From Eledone cirrhosa (taxonomy: Eukaryota), in assembly GCA_964016885.1 (NCBI GenBank), contig OZ024744.1, positions 134,540,001-134,604,000 of the forward strand: a stretch of DNA of 64,000 nucleotides. Reading direction: 5' to 3'. Shown here piece by piece: positions 51,361 to 63,100 of the stretch. The position numbers were made by a program, and so were the translations under genes. The notes below the pieces were generated by a model that was not told where the DNA came from, made no database searches, and saw only the letters and a program-made list of their open reading frames with translations. Position 1 is the stretch's first letter; every line of letters begins with the position of its first letter.

Positions 51361-54300
51361 AAGTCGGGGTTAAGTTAAGTTGGCGTTAAGTTAAGTTAGG
51401 CTTAACTTAAGTTGGGGTTCAGTTAAGTTGGGGGTAAGTTAAGTTGGGGGTAAGTTAAGTTGGGGTTAAGTTAAGTTGCGGTTAAGTTGGGGTTAAGTTA
51501 AGTTAGGGTTAAGTTAAGTTGGGGTTGAGTTAAGTTGGGGTTAATTAAGTGGTGGTTATGTTAAGTTGGGGTTAAGTTAAGTTGGGGTTAATTTAAATTG
51601 GGGTTAAGTTAACTTTGTGGTTAAGTTAAGTTGGGGTTAAGTTAAGTTGGGGTTAAGTTGGGGTTGAGTTAAGTTGGGGTTAAGTTAAGTTGGGGTTAAG
51701 TTAAGTTGGAGTTTATTTAAGTTGGGGTTAAGTTAAGTTGGGGTTCAGTTAAGTTGGGGTTAAGTTAAGTTGGTTTAAGATGGGGTTAAATTAAGTTGGG
51801 GTTAAGTTAAGTTGGGGTTAAGTTAAGTTGGGGTTAAGTTAAGTTGGGGTTAAGTTAAGTCGGGGTTAAGTTAAGTCGGGGTTAAGTTAAGTTAGGGTTC
51901 AGTTAAGTTGGAGTTAAGTTAAGTTGGGGTTGAGTTAAGTTGGGGTTGAGTTAAATTGGGGTTGAGTTAAGTTGGGGTTGAGTTATGTTGGTGTTGATTT
52001 AAGTTGGGGTTAAGTTAAGTTGGGGTTAAGTTAATTTGTGGTTAAGTTAAGTTGGGGTTAAGTTAAGTTGGGGTTAAGTTAAGTTGGGTTAAGTTAAGTC
52101 GGGGTTAAGTTAAGTTGGGGTTAAGTTAAGTTGGGGTTAATTTAAGTTGTGGTTAAGTTAAGTTGGGGTTAAGTTAAGTTGGGGTTAAGTTAAGTTGGGG
52201 TTAAGTTAAGTTGGGGTTAAGTTAAGTTGAGGTTAAGTTAAGTTGGGGTTAAATTAAGTTGGGGTTAAGTTAAGTTGGGGTTAAGTTAAGTTGGGGTTAA
52301 GTTAAGTTGGGGATAAGTTAAGTTGGGGATAATTTAAGTTGGGGTTAAGTTAAGTTGGGTTTAAGTTAAGTTGGGGTTAAGTTAAGTTGGGGATAAGTTA
52401 AGTTGGGGTTAAGTTAAGTTGGGGTTAAGTTAAGTTGGGGTTAAGTTAAGTTGGGGCTAAGTTAAGTTGGGGCTGAGTTAAGTTGGGGTTAAGTTAAGTT
52501 GGGGTTAATTTAAGTTGGGGTTAATTTAAGTTGGGGTTTATTTAAGTTGGGGTTACGTTAAGTTGGTGTTAAGTTAAGTTGGGGTTAATTTAAGTTGGGG
52601 TTAATTAAGTTGGGGTTAAGTTAAGTTGGGGTTAATTTAAGTTGGGGTTGAGTTAAGTTGGTGTTGAGTTAAGTTGGGGTTAAGTTAAGTTGGGGTTAAG
52701 TTAAGTTGCAGTTAAGTTAAGTTGAGGTTAAGTTAAGGTGCGGTTAAGTTAAGTTGGGGTTAAGTTAAGTTGGGGCTAAGTGAAGTTGGGGCTAAGTTAA
52801 GTTGGGGTTAAGTTAAGTTGGGGTTAAGTTAAGTCGGGGTTAAGTTAAGTTGGGGTTAAGTTAAGTTGGGGTTAATTTAAGTTGGGGTTAAGTTAAGTTG
52901 GGGTTAAGTTAAGTTGGGGTTAAGTTAAGTTGGGGTTAAGTTAAGTCGGGGTTAATTTAAGTCGGGGTTAAGTTAAGTTAGGGTTCAGTTAAGTTGGGGT
53001 TAAGTTAAGTTGGGGTTAAGTTAAGTTGGGGTTGAGTTAAGTTGGGGTTGAGTTAATTTGGGGTTAAGTTAAGTTGGGGTTAAGTTAAGTTGGGTTTAAG
53101 TTAAGTTGGGGTTAAATTAAGTTGGGGTTAAATTAAGTTGGGGTTAAGTTAAGTTTGGGGTAAGTTAAGTTGGGGGCAAGTTAAGTTGGGGTTAATTTAA
53201 GTTGGGGTTAAATTAAGTTGGGGTTACGTTAAGTTGGTGTTAAGTTAAGTTGGGGTTAATTTAAGTTGGGGTTAATTAAGTTGGGGTTAAGTTAAGTTGG
53301 GGTTAAGTTAAGTTGGGGTTAATTTAAGTTGGGGTTGAGTTAAGTTGGGGTTAAGTTAAGTTGGGGTTATATTAAGTTGGGGTTAAGTTAAGTTGGGGTT
53401 CAGTTAAGTTGGGGATAAGTTAAGTTGGGGTTAAGTTAAGTTGGGGTTAATTAAGTTGGGGTTAAGTTAAGTTGGGGTTAAGTTAAGTTGGGGCTAAGTT
53501 AAGTTGGGGCTGAGTTAAGTTGGGGCTGAGTTAAGTTGGGGTTAAGTTAAGTTGGGGTTGAGTTAAGTTGGGGTTAAGTTAAGTTGGGGTCAAGTGAAGT
53601 TGGGGTTAAGTTGGGGTTAAGTTAAGTTAGGTTTAAGTTAAGTTGGGGTTAAGTTAAGTTGGGGTTAAGTTAAGTTGGGGTTAAGTTAAGTTGGGGTTAA
53701 GTTAATTTGTGGTTTAGTTAAGTTGGGGTTAAGTTAAGTTGGGGTTAAGTTAAGTTGGGGTTAAGTTAAGTCGGGGTTAAGTTAAGTTGGGGTTAAGTTA
53801 AGTTGGGGTTAAGTTAAGTTGGGGTTAAGTTAAGTTGGGGTTAAGTTAAGTTGGGGTTAAGTTAAGTTGAGGTTAAGTTAAGTTGGGGTTAAATTAAGTT
53901 GGGGTTAAGTTAAGTTGGGGTTAAGTTAAGTTGGGGTTAAGTTAAGTTGGGGATAAGTTAAGTTGGGGATAATTTAAGTTGGGGTTAAGTTAAGTTGGGT
54001 TTAAGTTAAGTTGGGGTTAAGTTAAGTTGGGGATAATTTAAGTTGGGGTTAAGTTAAGTTGGGGTTAAGTTAAGTTGGGGTTCAGTTAAGTTGGGGCTAA
54101 GTTAAGTTGGGGCTGAGTTAAGTTGGGGTTAAGTTAAGTTGGGGTTAAGTTAAGTTGGGGTTAATTTAAGTTGGGGTTTATTTAAGTTGGGGTTAAGTTA
54201 AGTTGGGGTTCAGTTAAGTTGGGGTTAAGTTAAGTTGGGGTTAAGATGGGGTTAAATTAAGTTGGGGTTAAGTTAAGTTGGGGTTAAGTTAAGTTGGGGT

Positions 54301-56943
54301 TAAGTTAAGTCGGGGTTAAGTTAAGTCGGGGTTAAGTTAAGTTAGGGTTCAGTTAAGTTGGGGTTAAGTTAAGTTGTGGTTGAGTTAAGTTGGGGTTGAT
54401 TTAAATTGGGGTTGAGTTAAGTTGGGGTTGAGTTAAGTTGGTGTTGAGTTAAGTTGGGGTTAATTTAAGTTGGGGCTAAGTTAAGTTGGGACTGAGTTAA
54501 GTTGGGGTTAAGTTAAGTTGGGGTTAAGTTAAGTTGGGGTTAAGTTAAGTTGGAGTTTATTTAAGTTGGGGTTAAGTTAAGTTGGGGTTCAGTTAAGTTG
54601 GGGTTAAGTTAAGTTGGGGTTAAGTTAAGTTGGGGTTAAGTTAAGTCGGGGTTAAGTTAAGTCGGGGTTAAGTTAAGTTAGGGTTCAGTTAAGTTGGGGT
54701 TAAGTTAAGTTGGGGTTGAGTTAAGTTGGGGTTGAGTTAAATTGGGGTTGAGTTAAGTTGGGGTTGAGTTAAGTTGGTGTTGAGTTAAGTTGGGGTTAAG
54801 TTAAGTTGGGGTTAAGTTAATTTGTGGTTAAGTTAAGTTGGGGTTAAGTTAAGTTGGGGTTAAGTTAAGTTGGGGTTAAGTTAAGTCGGGGTTAAGTTAA
54901 GTTCGGGTTGAGTTAAGTTGGGGTTAATTTAAGTTGGGGTTAAGTTAAGTTGGGGTTAAGTTAAGTTGGGGTTAAGTTAAGTTGGGGTTAAGTTAAGTTG
55001 GGGTTAAGTTAAGTTGAGGTTAAGTTAAGTTGGGGATAAGTTAAGTTGGGGATAATTTAAGTTGGGGTTAAGTTAAGTTGGGTTTAAGTTAAGTTGGGGT
55101 TAAGTTAAGTTGGGGATAAGTTAAGTTGGGGTTAAGTTAAGTTGGGGTTAAGTTAAGTTGGGGTTCAGTTAAGTTGGGGCGAAGTTAAGTTGGGGCTGAG
55201 TTAAGTTGGGGTTAAGTTAAGTTGGGGTTAAGTTAAGTTGGGGTTAATTTAAGTTGGGGTTTATTTAAGTTGGGGTTACGTTAGGTTGGTGTTAAGTTAA
55301 GTTGGGGTTAATTTAAGTTGGGGTTAATTAAGTTGGGGTTAAGTTAAGTTGGGGTTAAGTTAAGTTGGGGTTAAGTTAAGTTGGGGTTCAGTTAAGTTGG
55401 GTATAAGTTAAGTTGGGTATAAGTTAAGTTGGGGTTAAGTTAAGTTGGGGTTAAGTTAAGTTGGTGTTAAGTTAAGTTGGGGCTAAGTTAAGTTGGGGCT
55501 GAGTTAAGTTGGGGCTGAGTTAAGTTGGGGTTAAGTTAAGTTGGGGTCAAGTTAAGTTGGGGTTAAGTTGGGGTTAAGTTAAGTTAGGTTTAAGTTAAGA
55601 TGGGGTTAAGTTAAGTTGGGGTTAAGTTAAGTTGGGGTTAAGTTAAGTTGGGGTTAAGTTAAGTTGGGGTTGAGTTAATTTGTGGTTAAGTTAAGTTGGG
55701 GTTAAGTTAAGTTGGGGTTAAGTTAAGTTGGGGTTAAGTTAAGTCGGGGTTAAGTTAAGTTGGGGTTAAGTTAAGTTGGGGTTAAGTTAAGTTGGGGTTA
55801 AGTTAAGTTGGGGTCAAGTTAAGTTGGGGTTAAGTTGGGGTTAAGTTAAGGTAGGTTTAAGTTAAGTTGGGGTTAAGTTAAGTTGGGGTTAAGTTAAGTT
55901 GGGGTTAAGTTAATTTGTGGTTAAGTTAAGTTGGGGTTAAGTTAAGTTGGGGTTAAGTTAAGTTGGGGTTAAGTTAAGTCGGAGTTAATTTAAGTTGGGG
56001 TTAAGTTAAGTTGGGGTTAATTTAAGTTGGGGTTAAGTTAAGTTGGGGTTAAGTTAAGTTGGGGTTAAATTAAGTTGGGGTTAAGTTAAGTTGGGGTTAA
56101 GTCAAGTTGGGGTTAAGTTAAGTTGGGGATAAGTTAAGTTGGGGATAATTTAAGTTGGGGTTAAGTTAAGTTGGGTTTAAGTTAAGTTGGGGTTAAGTTA
56201 AGTTGGGGTTAAGTTAAGTTGGGGTTAAGTTAAGTTGGGGTTAAGTTAAGTTGGGGTTAAGTTAAGTTGGGGCTAAGTTAAGTTGGGGCTGAGTTAAGTT
56301 GGGGTTAAGTTAAGTTGGGCTTAATTTAAGTCGGGGTTAAGTTAAGTTAGGGTTCAGTTAAGTTGGGGTTAAGTTAAGTTGGGGTTGAGTTAAGTTGGGG
56401 TTGAGTTAAATTGGGGTTGAGTTAAGTTGGGGTTGAGTTGAGTTGGTGTTGAGTTAAGTTGGGGTTAAGTTAAGTTGTGGTTAAGTTAAGTTGCAGTTAA
56501 GTTAAGTTGAGGTTAAGTTAAGGTGCGGTTAAGTTAAGTTGGGGTTAAGTTAAGTTGGGGCTAAGTTAAGTTGGGGCTAAGTTAAGTTGGGGCTAAGTTA
56601 AGTTGGGGTTAAGTTAAGTTGGGGTTAAGTTAAGTCGGGGTTAAGTTAAGTTGGGGTTAAGTTAAGTTGGGGTTAATTTAAGTTGGGGTTAAGTTAAGTT
56701 GGGGTTAAGTTAAGTTGGGGTTAAGTTAAGTTGGGGTTAAGTTAAGTTGGGTTTAAGTTAAGTTGGGGTTAAGTTAAGTTGGGGTTAAGTTAAGTTGGGG
56801 TTAAGTTAAGTTGGTTAGTTAAGTTGAGTTTAAGTTAAGTTGGGGTTAATTTAAGTTGGGGTTAAGTTAAGTTGGGGTTAAGTTAAGTTGGGGTTAAGTT
56901 AAGTTGGGGTTAAGTTAAGTTGGGGTTAAGTTAAGTTGGGGTT

Positions 56944-57117
56944 GACCCCAACTTAACTTAACCCCAACTTCACTCAACCCCAACGTAACTCAACCCCAAC
57001 TTAACTTAACCCCAACTTCACTCAACCCCAACTTAACTTAACCCCAACTTCACTCAACCCCAACTTCCAACTTGACTTAATCCCAACTTAACTTAGCCCC
57101 AACTTAACTTAAGCCCT
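56944..57117 (-). repeat. 174-bp inverted satellite block, copy 9, subtype C
   Basis: Matches copy 5 (gttgacccc junction, aagccct end, gggattcag flank). Confidence 0.96.
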
Positions 57118-60100
57118 AAGTCGGGGTTAAGTTAAGTTGGCGTTAAGTTAAGTTAGGCTTAACTTAAGTTGGGATTCAGTTAAGTTGGGGGTAAGTTAAG
57201 TTGGGGGTAAGTTAAGTTGGGGTTAAGTTAAGTTGCGGTTAAGTTGGGGTTAAGTTAAGTTAGGGTTAAGTTAAGTTGGGGTTGAGTTAAGTTGGGGTTA
57301 ATTAAGTGGTGGTTATGTTAAGTTGGGGTTAAGTTAAGTTGGGGTTAATTTAAATTGGGGTTAAGTTAACTTTGTGGTTAAGTTAAGTTGGGGTTAATTT
57401 AAGTTGGGGTTAAGTTGGGGTTGAGTTAAGTTGGGGTTGAGTGAAGTTGGGGTTAAGTTAAGTTGGGGTTAAGTTAAGTTGGGGTTAAGTTAAGTCGGGG
57501 TTAAGTTAAGTTGTGGTTGAGTTAAGTTGGGGTTAATTTAAGTTGGGGTTAAGTTAAGTTGGGGTTAAGTTAAGTTGGGGTTAAGTTAAGATGGGGTTAA
57601 GTTAAGTTGGGGTTAAGTTAAGTTGAGGTTAAGTTAAGTTGGGGTTAAATTAAGTTGGGGTTAAGTTAAGTTGGGGTTAAGTTAAGTTGGGGTTAAGTTA
57701 AGTTGGGGATAAGTTAAGTTGGGGATAATTTAAGTTGGGGTTAAGTTAAATTGGGTTTCAGTTAAGTTGGGGTTAAGTTAATTTGTGGTTAAGTTAAGTT
57801 GGGGTTAAGTTAAGTTGGGGTTAAGTTAAGTTGGGGTTAAGTTAAGTCGGGGTTAAGTTAAGTTGGGGTTAAGTTAAGTTGGGGTTAATTTAAGTTGGGG
57901 TTAAGTTAAGTTGGGGTTAAGTTAAGTTGGGGTTAATTTAAGATGGGGTTAAGTTAAGTTGGGGTTAAGTTAAGTTGAGGTTAAGTTAAGTTGGGGTTAA
58001 ATTAAGTTGGGGTTAAGTTAAGTTGGGGTTAAGTTAAGTTGGGGTTAAGTTAAGTTGGGGATAAGTTAAGTTGGGGATAATTTAAGTTGGGGTTAAGTTA
58101 AGTTGGGTTTAAGTTAAGTTGGGGTTAAGTTAAGTTGGGGTTAAGTTAAGTTGGGGTTAAGTTAAGTTGGGGTTAAGTTAAGTTGGGGCTAAGTTAAGTT
58201 GGGGCTGAGTTAAGTTGGGGTTAAGTTAAGTTGGGGTTAAGTTAAGTTGGGGTTAAGTTAAGTTGGGGTTTATTTAAGTTGGGGTTAAGTTACGTTGGGG
58301 TTCATTTAAGTTGGGGTTAAGTTAAGTCGGGGTTAAGTTAAGTCGGGGTTAAGTTAAGTTAGGGTTCAGTTAAGTTGGGGTTAAGTTAAGTTGGGCTTGA
58401 GTTAAGTTGGGGTTGAGTTAAATTTGGGTTGAGTTAAGTTGGGGTTGAGTTAAGTTGGTGTTGAGTTAAGTTGGGGTTAAGTTAAGTTGGGGTTAAGTTA
58501 AGTTGCAGTTAAGTTAAGTTGAGGTTAAGTTAAGGTGGGGTTAAGTTAAGTCGGGGTTAAGTTAAGTTGTGGTTGAGTTAAGTTGGGGTTAATTTAAGTT
58601 GGGGCTAAGTTAATTTGTGGTTAAGTTAAGTTGGGGTTAACTTAAGTTGGGGTTAAGTTAAGTTGGGGTTGAGTTAAGTTGGGGTTGAGTTAATTTGGGG
58701 TTAAGTTAAGTTGGGGTTAATTTAAGTTGGGTTTAAGTTAATTTGGGGTTAAATTAAGTTGGGGTTAAATTAAGTTGGGGTTAAGTTATGTTGGGGGTAA
58801 GTTAAGTTGGGGGCAAGTTAAGTTGGGGTTAATTTAAGTTGGGGTTAAATTAAGTTGGGGTTACGTTAAGTTGGTGTTAAGTTAAGTTGGGGTTAATTTA
58901 AGTTGGGGTTAATTAAGTTGGGGTTAAGTTAAGTTGGGGTTAAGTTAAGTTGGGGTTAATTTAAGTTGGGGTTGAGTTAAGTTGGGGTTAAGTTAAGTTG
59001 GGGTTATATTAAGTTGGGGTTAAGTTAAGTTGGGGTTCAGTTAAGTTGGGGATAAGTTAAGTTGGGGTTAAGTTAAGTTGGGGTTAAGTTAAGTTGGGGT
59101 TAAGTTAAGTTGGTGTTAAGTTAAGTTGGGGCTAAGTTAAGTTGGGGCTGAGTTAAGTTGGGGCTGAGTTAAGTTGGGGTTAAGTTAAGTTGGGGTTGAG
59201 TTAAGTTGGGGTTAAGTTAAGTTGGGGTCAAGTTAAGTTGGGGTTAAGTTGGGGTTAAGTTAAGTTAGGTTTAAGTTAAGTTGGGGTTAAGTTAATTTGG
59301 GGTTAAGTTAAGTTGGGGTTAAGTTAAGTTGGGGTTAAGTTAAGTTGGGGTTAAGTTAATTTGTGGTTAAGTTAAGTTGGGGTTAAGTTAAGTTCGGGTT
59401 AAGTTAAGTTGGGGTTAAGTTAAGTCGGGGTTAAGTTAAGTTGGGGTTAAGTTAAGTTGGGGTTAATTTAAGTTGGGGTTAAGTTAAGTTGGGGTTAAGT
59501 TAAGTTGGGGTTAAGTTAAGTTGGGGTTAAGTTAAGTTGAGGTTAAGTTAAGTTGGGGTTAAATTAAGTTGGGGTTAAGTTAAGTTGGGGTTAAGTTAAG
59601 TTGGGGTTAAGTTAAGTTGGGGATAAGTTAAGTTGGGGATAATTTAAGTTGGGGTTAAGTTAAGTTGGGTTTAAGTTAAGTTGGGGTTAAGTTAAGTTGG
59701 GGATAAGTTAAGTTGGGGTTAAGTTAAGTTGGGGTTAAATTAAGTTGGGGTTAAGTTAAGTTGGGGCTAAGTTAAGTTGGGGCTGAGTTAAGTTGGGGTT
59801 ACATTAAGTTGGGGTTAAGTTAAGTTGGGGTTAAGTTAAGTTGGGGTTTATTTAAGTTGGGGTTAAATTAAGTTGGGGTTCAGTTAAGTTGGGGTTAAGT
59901 TAAGTTGGGGTTAAGATGGGGTTAAATTAAGTTGGGGTTAAGTTAAGTTGGGGTTAAGTTAAGTTGGGGTTAAGTTAAGTTGGGGTTAAGTTAAGTCGGG
60001 GTTAAGTTAAGTCGGGGTTAAGTTAAGTTAGGGTTCAGTTAAGTTGGGGTTAAGTTAAGTTGGGGTTGAGTTAAGTTGGGGTTGAGTTAAATTGGGGTTG

Positions 60101-63100
60101 AGTTAAGTTGGGGTTGAGTTAAGTTGGTTTTGAGTTGAGTTGGGGTTAAGTTAAGTTGGGGTTAAGTTAAGTTGGGGTCAAGTTAAGTTGGGGTTAAGTT
60201 AAGTTGGTTAGTTAAGTTGAGTTTAAGTTAAGTTGGGGTTAATTTAAGTTGGGGTTAAGTTAAGTTGGGGTTAAGTTAAGTTGGGGTTAAGTTAAGTTGG
60301 GGTTAAGTTAAGTCGGGGTTAATTTAAGTCGGGGTTAAGTTAAGTTAGGGTTCAGTTAAGTTGGGGTTAAGTTAAGTTGGGGTTGAGTTAAGTTGGGGTT
60401 GAGTTAAATTGGGGTTGAGTTAAGTTGGTTTTGAGTTAAGTTGGTGTTGAGTTAAGTTGGGGTTAAGTTAAGTTGGGGTTAAGTTAAGTTGCAGTTAAGC
60501 TAAGTTGAGGTTTAGTTAAGGTGGGGTTAAGTTAAGTCGGGGTTAAGTTAAGTTGTGGTTGAGTTAAGTTGGGGTTAATTTAAGTTGGGGCTGAGTTAAT
60601 TTGTGGTTAAGTTAAGCTGGGGTTAAGTTAAGTTGGGGTTGAGTTAAGTTGGGGTTGAGTTAATTTGGGGTTAAGTTAAGTTGGGGTTAATTTAAGTTGG
60701 GTTTAAGTTAAGTTGGGGTTAAATTAAGTTGGGGTTAAATTAAGTTGGGGTTAAGTTAAGTTGGGGGTAAGTTAAGTTGGGGGCAAGTTAAGTTGGGGTT
60801 AATTTAAGTTGGGGTTAAATTAAGTTGGGGTTACGTTAAGTTGGTGTTAAGTTAAGTTGGGGTTAATTTAAGTTGGGGTTAATTAAGTTGGGGTTAAGTT
60901 AAGTTGGGGTTAAGTTAAGTTGGGGTTATATTAAGTTGGGGTTAAGTTAAGTTGGGGTTCAGTTAAGTTGGGGATAAGTTAAGTTGGGGTTAAGTTAAGT
61001 TGGGGTTAATTAAGTTGGGGTTAAGTTAAGTTGGGGTTAAGTTAAGTTGGGGCTAAGTTAAGTTGCAGTTAAGTTAAGTTGAGGTTAAGTTAAGGTGGGG
61101 TTAAGTTAAGTCGGGGTTAAGTTAAGTTGTGGTTGAATTAAGTTGGGGCTAAGTTAATTTGTGGTTAAGTTAAGTTGGGGTTAAGTTAAGTTGGGGTTAA
61201 GTTAAGTTGGGGTTGAGTTAAGTTGGGGTTGAGTTAATTTGGGGTTAAGTTAAGTTGGGATTAAGTTAAGTTGGGTTTAAGTTAAGTTGGGGTTAAATTA
61301 AGTTGGGGTTAAATTAAGTTGGGGTTAAGTTAAGTTGGGGGTAAGTTAAGTTGGGGGCAAGTTAAGTTGGGGTTAATTTAAGTTGGGGTTAAATTAAGTT
61401 GGGGTAACGTTAAGTTGGTGTTAAGTTAAGTTGGGGTTAATTTAAGTTGGGGTTAATTAAGTTGGGGTTAAGTTAAGTTGGGGTTAAGTTAAGTTGGGGT
61501 TAATTTAAGTTGGGGTTGAGTTAAGTTGGGGTTGAGTTAAGTTGGGGATAAGTTAAGTTGGGGTTAAGTTAAGTTGGGGTTAAGTTAAGTTGGGGTTAAG
61601 TTAAGTTGGTGTTAAGTTAAGTTGGGGCTAAGTTAAGTTGGGGCTGAGTTAAGTTGGGGCTGAGTTAAGTTGGGGTTAAGTTAAGTTGGGGTTGAGTTAA
61701 GTTGGGGTTAAGTTAAGTTGGGGTCAAGTTAAGTTGGGGTTAAGTTGGGGTTAAGTTAAGTTAGGTTTAAGTTAAGTTGGGGTTAAGTTAAGTTGGGGTT
61801 AAGTTAAGTTGGGGTTAAGTTAAGTTGGGGTTAAGTTAAGTTGGTGTTAAGTTAATTTGTGGTTAAGTTAAGTTGGGGTTAAGTTAAGTTTGGGTTAAGT
61901 TAAGTTGGGGTTAAGTTAAGTCGGGGTTAAGTTAAGTTGGGGTTAAGTTAAGTTGGGGTTAATTTAAGTTGGGGTTAAGTTAAGTTGGGGTTAAGTTAAG
62001 TTGGGGTTAAGTTAAGTTGGGGTTAAGTTAAGTTGGGGTTAAGTTAAGTTGAGGTTAAGTTAAGTTGGGGTTAAATTAAGTTGGGGTTAAGTTAAGTTGG
62101 GGTTAAGTTAAGTTGGGGTTAAGTTAAGTTGGGGATAAGTTAAGTTGGGGATAATTTAAGTTGGGGTTAAGTTAAGTTGGGTTTAAGTTAAGTTGGGGTT
62201 AAGTTAAGTTGGGGATAAGTTAAGTTGGGGTTAAGTTAAGTTGGGGATAAGTTAAGTTGGGGTTAAGTTAAGTTGGGGCTAAGTTAAGTTGGGGCTGAGT
62301 TAAGTTGGGGTTAAGTTAAGTTGGGGTTAAGTTAAGTTGGGGTTAATTTAAGTTGGGGTTTATTTAAGTTGGGGTTACGTTAAGTTGGTGTTAAGTTAAG
62401 TTGGGGTTAATTTAAGTTGGGGTTAATTAAGTTGGGGTTAAGTTAAGTTGGGGTTAAGTTAAGTTGGGGTTAATTTAAGTTGGGGTTGAGTTAAGTTGGG
62501 GTTAAGTTAAGTTGGGGTTAAGTTAAGTTGAGGTTAAGTTAAGTTGGGGTTAAATTAAGTTGGGGTTAAGTTAAGTTGGGGTTAAGTTAAGTTGGGGTTA
62601 AGTTAAGTTGGGGATAAGTTAAGTTGGGGATAATTTAAGTTGGGGTTAAGTTAAGTTGGGTTTAAGTTAAGTTGGGGTTAAGTTAAGTTGGGGATAAGTT
62701 AAGTTGGGGTTAAGTTAAGTTGGGGTTAAGTTAAGTTGGGGTTAAGTTAAGTTGGGGCTAAGTTAAGTTGGGGCTGAGTTAAGTTGGGGTTAAGTTAAGT
62801 TGGGGTTAAGTTAAGTTGGGGTTAATTTAAGTTGGGGTTTATTTAAGTTGGGGTTACGTTAAGTTGGTGTTAAGTTAAGTTGGGGTTAATTTAAGTTGGG
62901 GTTAATTAAGTTGGGGTTAAGTTAAGTTGGGGTTAAGTTAAGTTGGGTTTAAGTTAAGTTGGGGTTCAGTTAAGTTGGGTATAAGTTAAGTTGGGTATAA
63001 GTTAAGTTGGGGTTAAGTTAAGTTGGGGTTAAGTTAAGTTGGTGTTAAGTTAAGTTGGGGCTAAGTTAAGTTGGGGCTGAGTTAAGTTGGGGCTGAGTTA

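Larger units (their letters stand above)
44800..62500 (+). repeat. Second copy of the ~17 kb segment (super-higher-order repeat); boundaries approximate
   Basis: Same markers in the same order as 13300-30450. Offsets differ by small indels, some exact monomer multiples (31,745 to 31,697 to 31,649, steps of 48 bp = 3 monomers). Confidence 0.85.

Noticed and set aside
3224-57117. Inversions as sequencing fold-back chimeras
   Set aside because: All nine have the same length and breakpoints, carry variants absent from the adjacent forward arm, and return to the original strand. Random read chimeras would not do this, although read-level confirmation is still advisable.
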